Shown here: piece by piece, positions 8,234-17,272 of the stretch
Position numbering within the stretch: position 1 is the stretch's first letter
Layout of the letters: every line of letters starts with the position of its first letter
DNA from: an uncultured bacterium
GTDB taxonomy: Bacteria > Patescibacteriota > Saccharimonadia > CAILAD01 > BJGX01
Length of the DNA stretch: 42,820 nt
Direction of reading: 5' to 3'
NCBI GenBank assembly: GCA_903832035.1
Contig: CAILAD010000001.1
Span: forward strand, 1-42,820
Notes under the pieces: model-generated
Told to the model about the DNA's origin: nothing
The model's database searches: none
Seen by the model: the letters and a program-made list of their open reading frames with translations, nothing else
Translations under genes and position numbers: made by a program

Positions 8234-8980
8234 ATGGACCCAATACCAGGAAAAAGAGATGAATTTAAGACCATAGTCCTACCTAGCTATGAGTTACCGA
8301 GTCAGGGGGAAATTGACCAAGTGATTCGTGATACAGCAATTGAAAGAGAGTGGCTTAAGGACGCACTAGTGTATGTAGATATCAAGTCAATTAAGGATGC
8401 ATTTTTAAGCGGTAGATTAGAAAAAATAAATCCAGAACATAACTACCTGCCTATCATGAGGTTCAGGAACCCCGAACTCAATGACAAGTACCCACCATAC
8501 CTGGACACACAGGCAAAAGAAGTTTTAAACATGATTGGGGATTTATGGCGAACTAAAATGACTGAGTCAGGATTTGATGAAGGTATAAGATTTAGCATAA
8601 CATCTATGGTGAGGAGTGCAGAATATCAGAAAAGTATTGTTGAAGCCGGTAAGCTTGCTTCTCAAGATAGTGCACATACATATGGTTACGCCTTTGATAT
8701 TGACGCAAGAGCCTACTATTTCGGAGAGGATTCAATTAGTGAAGTCCCATTAGAGCAACAGAGGGCTTACGAAAATGAATTCAAAAGTTTTGGGATTGAT
8801 ACGGTAGAATCTCCAATCGATAAGACTAGACCATACGACCAAAGGGTAATGACTATTCTTGCGGAAGTGCTAGATGATCTCCAAGACAAGGGCTTGATTC
8901 ATTACCTACATGAGCTTCCAGGCACACAGTCCTCGGCGTTTCATGTCTGCGTTAAACCAACCCAAGTTAAAGCTGCTTAA
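8234..8980 (+). CDS. LAS-superfamily (peptidase M15/VanY-VanX-like) metallopeptidase-like protein with no signal peptide
   Basis: SAHTYGYAFDID fits the S-x-H-x-x-G-x-A-x-D zinc motif of M15 D-Ala-D-Ala peptidases, and a distal His lies in SSAFHVCV. AAGGA at 8222-8226 supports ATG 8234. The longer alternative start at 8183 overlaps the upstream gene by 40 nt. Confidence 0.55.
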   Translation: MDPIPGKRDEFKTIVLPSYELPSQGEIDQVIRDTAIEREWLKDALVYVDIKSIKDAFLSGRLEKINPEHNYLPIMRFRNPELNDKYPPYLDTQAKEVLNMIGDLWRTKMTESGFDEGIRFSITSMVRSAEYQKSIVEAGKLASQDSAHTYGYAFDIDARAYYFGEDSISEVPLEQQRAYENEFKSFGIDTVESPIDKTRPYDQRVMTILAEVLDDLQDKGLIHYLHELPGTQSSAFHVCVKPTQVKAA

Positions 8981-9736
8981 ATGAAGTTGATCGTACAAAA
9001 CCTAGCGACAAACTACCTTTCTGAGGGCAAAGGTAAGACAATATTAATATTACATGGTTGGGGAGATAGTATTAATAGCTTTACGAATGTAGTTAGGTTG
9101 TTGAGTAAAAACTATAATGTTGTGGCTCTTGATCTGCCGGGTTTTGGTGGAACAGAGATACCGAAGTCTGACTGGTGTATTTTAGATTATGCAAATTTTG
9201 TGAAAGATTTCTGTAATAAATTAGACATCAAACCAACATATATAATTGGCCATTCAATGGGTGGGCGGGTACTAATAAAATTAGCTAGCAAGAAGTTATT
9301 AAATCCAGAGAAGATAGTTTTATTATCTTCCGCGGGCATAAAAGAGTCAGCAAAAGGCAAGAACTTGATTATTAAATTATTTTCTAAACCTGGAAAAGTA
9401 CTAATTAACTCTAGGATACTTGGAAGACAGGGTGGTTCATTAAGGCAAAAAATATATAAGAAGTTTGGTAGTGAAGACTATATTAGTTCTGGCCAACTAA
9501 AGAAGACCTTCATAAATATAATTAATGAAGATTTAGTTGGTGATGCAATTAACATAAAAATACCTACTCTGCTTATATACGGTGAAAATGATGACCAAAC
9601 CCCTCCATTGTATGGTTCAAAATTTAACAAGGCTATTGATGGATCTAAATTGAAGATAATTGCCGGAAGAGGTCACTTTATACAGCTAGAAGACCCCATT
9701 GGCCTAAGCGACATTATGATGGATTTTTTCAAATGA
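8981..9736 (+). CDS. alpha/beta-fold hydrolase
   Basis: 251 aa. ILILHGWGDS, nucleophile elbow GHSMGG, C-terminal GRGHF. Its start directly abuts the upstream stop. Confidence 0.85.
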   Translation: MKLIVQNLATNYLSEGKGKTILILHGWGDSINSFTNVVRLLSKNYNVVALDLPGFGGTEIPKSDWCILDYANFVKDFCNKLDIKPTYIIGHSMGGRVLIKLASKKLLNPEKIVLLSSAGIKESAKGKNLIIKLFSKPGKVLINSRILGRQGGSLRQKIYKKFGSEDYISSGQLKKTFINIINEDLVGDAINIKIPTLLIYGENDDQTPPLYGSKFNKAIDGSKLKIIAGRGHFIQLEDPIGLSDIMMDFFK

Positions 9737-11172
9737 TAAAAAAATGGATTAGCGCTTATAGGATGAGTTTTATAAGAACTATTGTATATATGCTTCAGGC
9801 TAGTGAGTACAATCTGAAAGATTATTTTTCATGGCTTATAAGGGTAAAAAGTTTTAAAAGTGTAATGTACCGTAAGTCACTTGTACTAACCACCAAGACT
9901 AAATTACTTTTGTTAATTCTGTGGTTAATGATTGCACTAGGCATACTTGCAGCTACCGTAGTGGGTCTGTCAGTGCAATTTCCTGTTATTTATAAAATGT
10001 TTATTTTAGCAGCGCTATTTATACTAATGCCTGTATTGATTTCTTTTGGCATAACAATACCGCTATGGTTGGGCAACATATTCATTCAGAAACCTAGAGA
10101 GAAAATAATTATTTCTAAAGCCAGAAGCAGACTAAATGATAATAAGGCAATAAAAATTGCTATTGCTGGTAGCTTTGGAAAGACAACCATGAGAGAAATA
10201 CTATTGTCCGTCCTGGGCGCAGGAAAAAGCGTCGTAGCCCCACCAGGTAGTTACAATACACCAATGGGCGTAAGTAAGTTCATAAATACCCTATCAGGAT
10301 CAGAGGATATAATTATTTTTGAATTAGGCGAGTACTACCCTGGAGATGTAAAGTTTCTTGCAGAAATTGTTAAGCCGGACATTGGAGTTATTACTGGGGT
10401 TAATGAAGCCCATTTGTCTAAATTTAAAAATATTGAGAATACACAAGCGACTATTTTTGAGCTAGCAGACTATTTGAATGGCAGTAAGTTATACGTCAAT
10501 GGTGAAAATGAACTGGCTAAGCAAAAGTCTAAGTTTTATGACAGTGTGCTTTACTCTAGCAAGGGATGTGGTCAATGGATAGTTAATTCATCGAGTACAA
10601 GCCTATCTGGCATAGACTTTGTGGTTAGCAATAAAGTTAAGTCACTTAATCTCCACTCTAATCTACTTGGATCACATTTACTTGGGTCCCTTCTCTGCGC
10701 AATTGAAATAGCACATCAACTAGGACTCAAAGATGATGAAATAATCAAGGGAGTTGCTAATACAGATAGTTTTGAGCACAGGATGCAGCCTAAAAATATC
10801 GGCGGGGCCATAGTAATTGATGATACCTATAATGGTAATTTTGATGGAGTTATAGCTGGACTCAACTTATTAAAATCGCTTAAAGCCAAGCGTAAAATAT
10901 ATGTCACTCCCGGTCTTGTCGAGCAGGGTTCTAAGAGCCATGAAGTGCATAATAAAATTGGACAAAAGATTGGAGAGGTAAATCCTGATATAGTAGTGTT
11001 AATGAAAAACTCTGTAACTGGATACATAGTTGAGGGATTAAAGAAGGCTCAGTACGAAGGAAGTCTAAGAATCGAGGATGATCCCAAAAATTTTTACGAA
11101 AATATTAATATGTTTGTTTCTAAAGATGATGTTGTCTTAATGCAAAATGATTGGCCAGACAGTTATAATTGA
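9733..11172 (+). CDS. membrane-anchored MurF-like Mur ligase
   Basis: 479 aa. The N-terminal ~130 aa carry several hydrophobic helices. Then P-loop IAGSFGKTTMRE, ITGVNEAHL, and VIDDTYNGN ... VTPGLVEQGSKSHEVHNKIG. ATGA overlap with the upstream gene. Confidence 0.8.
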   Translation: MIKKWISAYRMSFIRTIVYMLQASEYNLKDYFSWLIRVKSFKSVMYRKSLVLTTKTKLLLLILWLMIALGILAATVVGLSVQFPVIYKMFILAALFILMPVLISFGITIPLWLGNIFIQKPREKIIISKARSRLNDNKAIKIAIAGSFGKTTMREILLSVLGAGKSVVAPPGSYNTPMGVSKFINTLSGSEDIIIFELGEYYPGDVKFLAEIVKPDIGVITGVNEAHLSKFKNIENTQATIFELADYLNGSKLYVNGENELAKQKSKFYDSVLYSSKGCGQWIVNSSSTSLSGIDFVVSNKVKSLNLHSNLLGSHLLGSLLCAIEIAHQLGLKDDEIIKGVANTDSFEHRMQPKNIGGAIVIDDTYNGNFDGVIAGLNLLKSLKAKRKIYVTPGLVEQGSKSHEVHNKIGQKIGEVNPDIVVLMKNSVTGYIVEGLKKAQYEGSLRIEDDPKNFYENINMFVSKDDVVLMQNDWPDSYN

Positions 11173-11199
11173 TATCACTTTAAGGTTTTAATCAGATTC

Positions 11200-11208
11200 T
11201 GATATACT
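11200..11208 (+). promoter_or_regulatory. extended -10 element (TGaTATACT) placed for a leaderless ddl transcript
   Basis: TG 11200-11201, TATACT 11203-11208. ATG 11215 follows after 6 nt with no SD. Confidence 0.4.
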
Positions 11209-11214
11209 AATTAC

Positions 11215-12369
11215 ATGAAAACAGTAGCAGTTATTTTTGGAGGAAGGTCCACCGAGCATGATATTTCAATCATGACGGCAATTTCTAGTGTCATAAAGCC
11301 CCTAGAATTGAGTAAAGATTATATAGTCCACGCAGTTTATATAAATAAGGCTGGCGAATGGTTTAGTGATGCGAAGCTAAAAGACATAAAATTTTTTCAA
11401 TCAGGCAACATAAATGACTGGATGAACAAGACTAAGAGTGTAAGGGTGCTTTTCAAGGATGGTCTTACACTTATAAAACCAACTAAATTCGGAGAGAGTA
11501 AAATAAGTGTAGATATTGTTTTTCCTGCAATGCACGGAACTCACGGTGAAGACGGTGAGCTGATGGGTCTTCTGGAAATGTCAGGGGTGGCTTTTGTTGG
11601 GTGCGATATGACATCAAGCGCAATAGCGATGGACAAGGTTCTAGCTAAGCAGGTTACTCAGTCCGACGGGATCATAAGCACTCCTTGGGTAACAATCAAC
11701 TATTCTAGCGTTGCCAAGAGTAGCGACTTGGCCTTGCAAAAAATTGATTCCCTAAAGTACCCAATGTTTGTTAAACCAGCACATCTAGGTTCTAGTATTG
11801 GTATTTCTAGAGTCAAAGACCAGGAACAGTTAATTAATGCCATTGAAGTTGCGGGGCATTATGACGAAAAGATTATTGTCGAGCAGGAGGTTTCTAATCT
11901 AATTGAAGTTACATTACCCATTATTGGTAATGATGAGCTTACGCTGGCATTATTAGAGAGGCCGATACTAAAGGATGAAAACTTCTTCGGCTTCGAGACT
12001 AAATACATGCAGGGCGGCAAAAAAGGAAAAAATTCAGATAGCAAGGGATCCCAGGGCTATAGTGAATTACCTGCTAATATTCCAAAAGATATATACAGAA
12101 ATGCAGAAGAAGTAGGTGTGGCAGTCTATAGAAGCTTAGGATGTAGCGGCATTGCAAGGATTGATATGCTGATAGATAGTAAGACAAAAAAAGTCTACTT
12201 CAACGAGGTTAACCCGTTACCAGGAGGACTTTATGCCCATAATTGGAGAATGAAGGGTATAAGTCCAGTCGAACTAGTTACTAAATTAGTAGATCTCGCA
12301 ATTGATAAAAAGAATAAGGATGATAAATATCAAACTAGCTTTAACACAAGTTATTTGAAACAATTTTAA
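11215..12369 (+). CDS. ddl: D-alanine--D-alanine ligase
   Basis: 384 aa. VAVIFGGRSTEHDISIMTA N-terminus and an ATP-grasp core. The omega-loop FFGFETKY retains the Lys-Tyr expected for D-Ala-D-Ala (not D-Lac) ligases. EVNPLPG near the C-terminus. Confidence 0.95.
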   Translation: MKTVAVIFGGRSTEHDISIMTAISSVIKPLELSKDYIVHAVYINKAGEWFSDAKLKDIKFFQSGNINDWMNKTKSVRVLFKDGLTLIKPTKFGESKISVDIVFPAMHGTHGEDGELMGLLEMSGVAFVGCDMTSSAIAMDKVLAKQVTQSDGIISTPWVTINYSSVAKSSDLALQKIDSLKYPMFVKPAHLGSSIGISRVKDQEQLINAIEVAGHYDEKIIVEQEVSNLIEVTLPIIGNDELTLALLERPILKDENFFGFETKYMQGGKKGKNSDSKGSQGYSELPANIPKDIYRNAEEVGVAVYRSLGCSGIARIDMLIDSKTKKVYFNEVNPLPGGLYAHNWRMKGISPVELVTKLVDLAIDKKNKDDKYQTSFNTSYLKQF

Positions 12370-12372
12370 TAT

Positions 12373-14811
12373 ATGAGCAAGTACGAACCAAAAATTGTAG
12401 AAGAGAAATGGCGAAAGGTATGGCGTGAGACTGGACTATACAAGACTCCAGAAAACCCCAAGAATCCATATTATGGGTTAGTGATGTTTGCCTATCCTAG
12501 CGGTGATTTGCACTGTGGGCATTGGTACCCATATACTGGCGGGGATATATTAGCTAGGTTTGCCAGGATGCAAGGTCATGACGTACTGCACACAAACGGC
12601 TTCGATGCATTTGGGTTGCCTGCAGAAAATGCAGCAATCAAGCGTGGCCTAATGGCAGATGTTTGGACTGAAGAAAATATTTCTACAATGACCAGGCAGT
12701 ATGAAGCTACGGGTAATATGTATGATTACGATAGACTTATAAACACCAGTAAGCCAGAATACTACAAGTGGACACAGTGGTTGTTTCTGCAGCTTTATAA
12801 AAATGGTAAAGCTTATCAGAAGGAAGCACTCGTTAACTGGGATCCTGTAGACAAGACAGTGCTCGCGAATGAGCAAGTTATTAATGGCAGGGCAGAACGG
12901 AGTGGCGCCGAGGTAGAAAAGAAAAGTCTTAAACAATGGTTTTTCAAAATTACCGATTACGCGGATGCTTTACTTGAAGGTCTGGATAATATTGAATGGC
13001 CTAATCGCATCAAAGACGCCCAGAAAAATTGGATAGGAAAAAGCCACGGTAGCTTAGTTAAGTTTCCCATTAAAGACAGCAATGATTTTTTGGAGATATA
13101 CACCACTAGAATTGATACTATATATAGCGGTACATTCATAGTACTGGCCCCAGAACATGAACTAGTTACTTCACTGACGGTAGATTCGCAGAAACAGGAG
13201 GTGGTTAAGTATCAAGAAATTAGTCAATCTAAGACTGATACCGTTAGGCTCGAAGGAAAAGATAAATCAGGGGTATTTACCGGAAGCTATGCACTTAATC
13301 CAGCTACGAATGAAAGTATGCCTATCTGGGTGGCTGATTTTGTACTTGGGGGGTATGGTACCGGAGCAGTCTTTGCCGACGCTCATGATCAAAGGGACTC
13401 TGAATTTGCAAAAAAATACAATATCCCATTAAAGACATCAGTTAAGCCAGTTGATGATAGGGATATATCGAAGATCGAGAGTTTTGAAATTTGTTTTGAG
13501 GATGATGGGATACTGTATAATTCCGAACACTTCGATGGACTAACTTCCTCTGAAGCTAGAGAAAAGATTACCGAGTACCTAGGTAGTAAAGGACTTGCCC
13601 AAAAAACCACTCAATATAGGCTAAGGGATTGGCTTATATCTAGACAAAGATATTGGGGCTCACCTATACCAATAATATATTGTGAAAAATGTGGTACGGT
13701 TCCGGTTCCTGAAAAGGACCTACCCGTAGTATTACCGCTTGCACAGAAGATAGATAAGTCTGGTAAGTCACCCCTTTATAGGGATAGCTTTATAAATACA
13801 GAATGCCCTGAATGTGGAGGTCAGGCTAAGCGGGAGACTGACACTATGGATACTTTTGTTGATAGTAGTTGGTATTACCTACGCTACCCTAACCCACATT
13901 ATGATAAAGGTCCTTTTGATCCAGAAGCACTAAATAAGTGGCTTCCAGTTAGTACCTACATAGGTGGACCTGAGCATGCCACTATGCATTTATTGTATGT
14001 AAGATTTATGGCGCATTTCTTGAATGAAGCTGGTTTTTTAGAAACAAATGAACCCATACCAAGATTTATATGCAACGGGCTCATAGATGGTCCAGATGGT
14101 CAGAAAATGAGTAAAAGTCGAGGTAATGTAGTTGACCCCGATGAATATGTGAACAAATACGGTGCAGATAGTGTACGTCTTTATATGATGTTTATGGGTT
14201 CATACACAGATGGTGGACCGTGGGACCCAGCTCGCTTTGAAGGAGCCAGTAGGTTTATTAGTAGATTTTACGAACTTGTGCACTCCGATTACAAGCCTCA
14301 GGAAATAAATACGATTCAAGAAGTCGAACTCCAATCTAGGTCTCATAAGTTGGTTAAGAAGCTAAAAGAAGACATTGCAGTAGCAAAATTTAACACCGCT
14401 ATTGCTGCAGCAATGGAGTTTGTTAATTTTGCTAGTCAGATAAAAAGGTACGGTGTAGTATCTGAGGCTTCATGGAAAGAGGCAGTGTCTATGTTGGTAT
14501 TATCTATGGCCCCTATAACCCCTTACGTGTGTGAAGAGTTATGGCAGACTCTGGGTGGCCAAGAAAGTGTGCATAAACAAGCATGGCCAAGATATGATGA
14601 AAAACTAGTCACAGATGATGTTGTCACGATAGTAGTTCAGGTAAATGGTAAACTTAAGAATGAATTTGTGGCTGAAATAGGTACAGCCAATGAAGAGCTA
14701 GAAAAAATAGCTCGAGGCTTAGACGCTATAAATAAAATTATTCAAAAAGGTGAAATTATCAAGGTGGTCGTGGTTCCTAATAGACTAGTCAACTTTGTAA
14801 TTAAGCAATAG
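12373..14811 (+). CDS. leuS: leucine--tRNA ligase
   Basis: 812 aa. HCGH (HIGH-type) motif, KMSKS motif (QKMSKSRGN), and the CP1 editing region. Confidence 0.97.
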   Translation: MSKYEPKIVEEKWRKVWRETGLYKTPENPKNPYYGLVMFAYPSGDLHCGHWYPYTGGDILARFARMQGHDVLHTNGFDAFGLPAENAAIKRGLMADVWTEENISTMTRQYEATGNMYDYDRLINTSKPEYYKWTQWLFLQLYKNGKAYQKEALVNWDPVDKTVLANEQVINGRAERSGAEVEKKSLKQWFFKITDYADALLEGLDNIEWPNRIKDAQKNWIGKSHGSLVKFPIKDSNDFLEIYTTRIDTIYSGTFIVLAPEHELVTSLTVDSQKQEVVKYQEISQSKTDTVRLEGKDKSGVFTGSYALNPATNESMPIWVADFVLGGYGTGAVFADAHDQRDSEFAKKYNIPLKTSVKPVDDRDISKIESFEICFEDDGILYNSEHFDGLTSSEAREKITEYLGSKGLAQKTTQYRLRDWLISRQRYWGSPIPIIYCEKCGTVPVPEKDLPVVLPLAQKIDKSGKSPLYRDSFINTECPECGGQAKRETDTMDTFVDSSWYYLRYPNPHYDKGPFDPEALNKWLPVSTYIGGPEHATMHLLYVRFMAHFLNEAGFLETNEPIPRFICNGLIDGPDGQKMSKSRGNVVDPDEYVNKYGADSVRLYMMFMGSYTDGGPWDPARFEGASRFISRFYELVHSDYKPQEINTIQEVELQSRSHKLVKKLKEDIAVAKFNTAIAAAMEFVNFASQIKRYGVVSEASWKEAVSMLVLSMAPITPYVCEELWQTLGGQESVHKQAWPRYDEKLVTDDVVTIVVQVNGKLKNEFVAEIGTANEELEKIARGLDAINKIIQKGEIIKVVVVPNRLVNFVIKQ

Positions 14812-14826
14812 CCACAACACAACAGG

Positions 14827-14855
14827 TTGCATTTTAGGTAATTTATTGTTACAAT
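14827..14855 (+). promoter_or_regulatory. sigma70-type promoter of yceD-rpmF
   Basis: TTGCAT 14827-14832, 17-nt spacer, TACAAT 14850-14855. ATG 14866 is only 10 nt downstream and has no SD. Confidence 0.55.
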
Positions 14856-14865
14856 AGTATGCGAA

Positions 14866-15255
14866 ATGCCAATTAGCATTCTAGGACTCAGCAGAAAACA
14901 CGACGGCGACTCAGAGCATTATGTTCTAGATATTTCGTCTATAGAATATTTAAGTCTATCTAAGCCATTTATATCAGATGTAAATGTAACTAAAATTGAT
15001 AATAATTTGTATGACGCAAATATTAAAGCCGTTGTTAGTGTTGATACTGAATGTAGCCGGTGTCTTAAGAATTTTTCTAAAGAAGTCATTTTAGATTTTC
15101 ACGCATATTATGCCGATGATCCAATTGAGGACCAATGGCCTATAGAAAAAAATGACTTAGATATAGAAGAGGCGATTAGGCAGGAAGTGTTATTTTCACT
15201 ACCCGCCCAGACACTTTGCACTGAAGAATGTAACGGTATTCAACAAAACAATTAA
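14866..15255 (+). CDS. YceD/DUF177 family protein
   Basis: 129 aa, in the conserved position immediately upstream of rpmF. Cys pairs CSRC ... CTEEC typical of DUF177. Confidence 0.8.
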   Translation: MPISILGLSRKHDGDSEHYVLDISSIEYLSLSKPFISDVNVTKIDNNLYDANIKAVVSVDTECSRCLKNFSKEVILDFHAYYADDPIEDQWPIEKNDLDIEEAIRQEVLFSLPAQTLCTEECNGIQQNN

Positions 15256-15272
15256 AAGGAAGGACTTAGGTC

Positions 15273-15446
15273 ATGCCAGTACCAAAAAAACGCCGCACAT
15301 CTAGCACTCGCGGTCAAAGAAGAAGTCACGATAGTTTAAAGCCATTACAATTGATGTACGAGAAAAACTCTAAACTTAACTTACCAAGAAGAATACATAA
15401 AGCTGCATCCCTTGGATTAGCTAGAACTCGACGAACAGTTCAATAA
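15273..15446 (+). CDS. rpmF: 50S ribosomal protein L32
   Basis: 57-aa ORF absent from the supplied track: MPVPKKRRTSSTRGQRRSHDSLK..., with AAGGAAGG upstream. Translated by hand from 15273 to the TAA at 15444-15446. Confidence 0.9.
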   Translation: MPVPKKRRTSSTRGQRRSHDSLKPLQLMYEKNSKLNLPRRIHKAASLGLARTRRTVQ

Positions 15447-15507
15447 TTACAAAATAGGCTCCCAAAATATACAAAAATAAGCTACAATATAAACATTACT
15501 AGTATAT

Positions 15508-16041
15508 ATGGCTTCAAATAGACACCTTTCTAGAATAATAGCACTTCAGAGTTTGTACGAATACGATTTTCGCACAGGCCTTAATATGCCAGAACTAAAA
15601 ACCAGTATGGATGAAATATTGACCAGAAACGTTGGGGTATATGAGGATGCGCTCGAAGAACCAGACTTCACAATAGATTTGGTGGAAGGTACCCAAAAAA
15701 ATATTGAAAAAATTGATTCTTTAATTTCTCCAGCGGCTCCGGAGTGGCCTATTGATCAAATAGCAAAGGTAGACAAAAGCGTCCTCAGAATGGCTGTCTA
15801 TGAGTTAATAATTAAACATGAGGTACCACCAAAAGTTGCCATAAACGAAGCAGTAGAGCTAGCTAAGTCTTTCGGAGGAGATAATTCTAGTAAATTTATC
15901 AACGGCGTATTAGGTACAATCTATAGAAATAGTGAATTTTATGAACCAGAAGAAGATAAAAAACTCCAATCTAAAAAACCAGAGTCTGAGCGATCAGACG
16001 GGGCAACCGAATCATCCAAAAAGGAACGACAGAAGAAGTAA
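15508..16041 (+). CDS. nusB: transcription antitermination factor NusB with a charged C-terminal tail
   Basis: 177 aa. [17 protein letters not shown] ... [26 protein letters not shown]. Confidence 0.9.
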   Translation: MASNRHLSRIIALQSLYEYDFRTGLNMPELKTSMDEILTRNVGVYEDALEEPDFTIDLVEGTQKNIEKIDSLISPAAPEWPIDQIAKVDKSVLRMAVYELIIKHEVPPKVAINEAVELAKSFGGDNSSKFINGVLGTIYRNSEFYEPEEDKKLQSKKPESERSDGATESSKKERQKK

Positions 16042-16504
16042 GAAACAGTTTTCTTCAAGGTCAAAGGCTGTAAAGGAATATTCGAGCGGTGGAATTGTAT
16101 TCCGCCTAATTAATGGTGAAATTGAAATTGTCCTGTTGCAGGACTTAAAATCTCGTTGGAGCATACCTAAGGGGCATATCGAGTCAGGTGAGACTCCTGA
16201 AAAAACAGCCTTGCGGGAAGTCGCCGAGGAGACAAACTTAACTGACCTTAAAATTATCTCAAAGCTAGACAAGATACATTTTTTTTACAGAATGAATGGA
16301 AAGTTAATATTCATGATGAACTTTATATACCTTATAGAGTCAACTAATTTTAATGATATCTTACAGACTGAAGAGGACGCCCCGTGGATAACTGACGTTA
16401 AATGGTTCAAAGCTGAGGAAGCGTATGATATCCTAGAGTATAAGGCAACCAAAGTGATATTAAGGGAAGCTATTAACAAGATTAAGAAGTTATACGATTT
16501 ATAA
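15932..16504 (+). CDS. NUDIX hydrolase
   Basis: Nudix box [23 protein letters not shown]. The only canonical starts (ATG 15932, ATG 15941) lie 101-110 nt inside nusB. Confidence 0.8.
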   Translation: MNFMNQKKIKNSNLKNQSLSDQTGQPNHPKRNDRRSKKQFSSRSKAVKEYSSGGIVFRLINGEIEIVLLQDLKSRWSIPKGHIESGETPEKTALREVAEETNLTDLKIISKLDKIHFFYRMNGKLIFMMNFIYLIESTNFNDILQTEEDAPWITDVKWFKAEEAYDILEYKATKVILREAINKIKKLYDL

Positions 16505-17211
16505 TGGTTTTCAATCAAAATAAAATAGAAGAGATAATAGGTGTTAATTTTGAGGATATAAAATTACTCAAGACCGCCTTTACACACCGCAGTTATTTAA
16601 ACGAGCACCGAAGAGCTAAATTGGAACACAATGAACGTTTGGAATTTCTGGGTGATGCCGTTCTTGAGCTGGTTGTGACGGACTATTTATATCGCAATTA
16701 CCCAAATCCAGAAGGTGACCTAACAGCTTGGAGGTCTGCGTTAGTTAAGACTGAGAGCCTAGCCATTTTGGCTGAAAAGCTTGATATTGGGCAATTCTTG
16801 CTAATGAGTAGGGGCGAGGCCAAGACTGGCGGAAGAAGTCGTCAGGCACTACTAGCAAACCTTGTAGAGGCTACTATTGGCGCTATTTATATCGAAAAAG
16901 GATATCAGGCAGCTAAGGAATTCATAGAATCTAAGCTCGTCACTAATTTAGTTGAGATAATTGAAACAGGTTCTTATATAGACGCTAAAAGTCATTTTCA
17001 AGAATTAGCTCAGGAGAACTATAGTACAACACCAGTTTATAAGGTATTGAGCGAAAGTGGCCCAGACCATGACAAGGAGTTCTTAATGGGTGTTTATCTT
17101 GGATCTAAAAAGTTTGGTGAAGGTCAAGGTAGTAGTAAGCAGTCTGCTCAACAGGCCGCTGCCCTCGATGGCTTATCGAGGCTAAAAACAACAACCGAAA
17201 AGTCTAATTGA
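16504..17211 (+). CDS. rnc: ribonuclease III
   Basis: 235 aa. NERLEFLGDAVLELVV catalytic signature and a C-terminal dsRBD (GPDHDKEF...GSSKQSAQQAAA). TAATG overlap with the upstream gene. Confidence 0.95.
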   Translation: MVFNQNKIEEIIGVNFEDIKLLKTAFTHRSYLNEHRRAKLEHNERLEFLGDAVLELVVTDYLYRNYPNPEGDLTAWRSALVKTESLAILAEKLDIGQFLLMSRGEAKTGGRSRQALLANLVEATIGAIYIEKGYQAAKEFIESKLVTNLVEIIETGSYIDAKSHFQELAQENYSTTPVYKVLSESGPDHDKEFLMGVYLGSKKFGEGQGSSKQSAQQAAALDGLSRLKTTTEKSN

Positions 17212-17218
17212 CAACTTA

Positions 17219-17248
17219 TTGCTTAAGCTAGTTTAATTAAGCTACAAT
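17219..17248 (+). promoter_or_regulatory. candidate promoter of smc
   Basis: TTGCTT 17219-17224, 18-nt spacer, TACAAT 17243-17248. An AAGG RBS precedes GTG 17273. Confidence 0.4.
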
Positions 17249-17272
17249 TAGATAAATGTTAGGTAAAATAAG

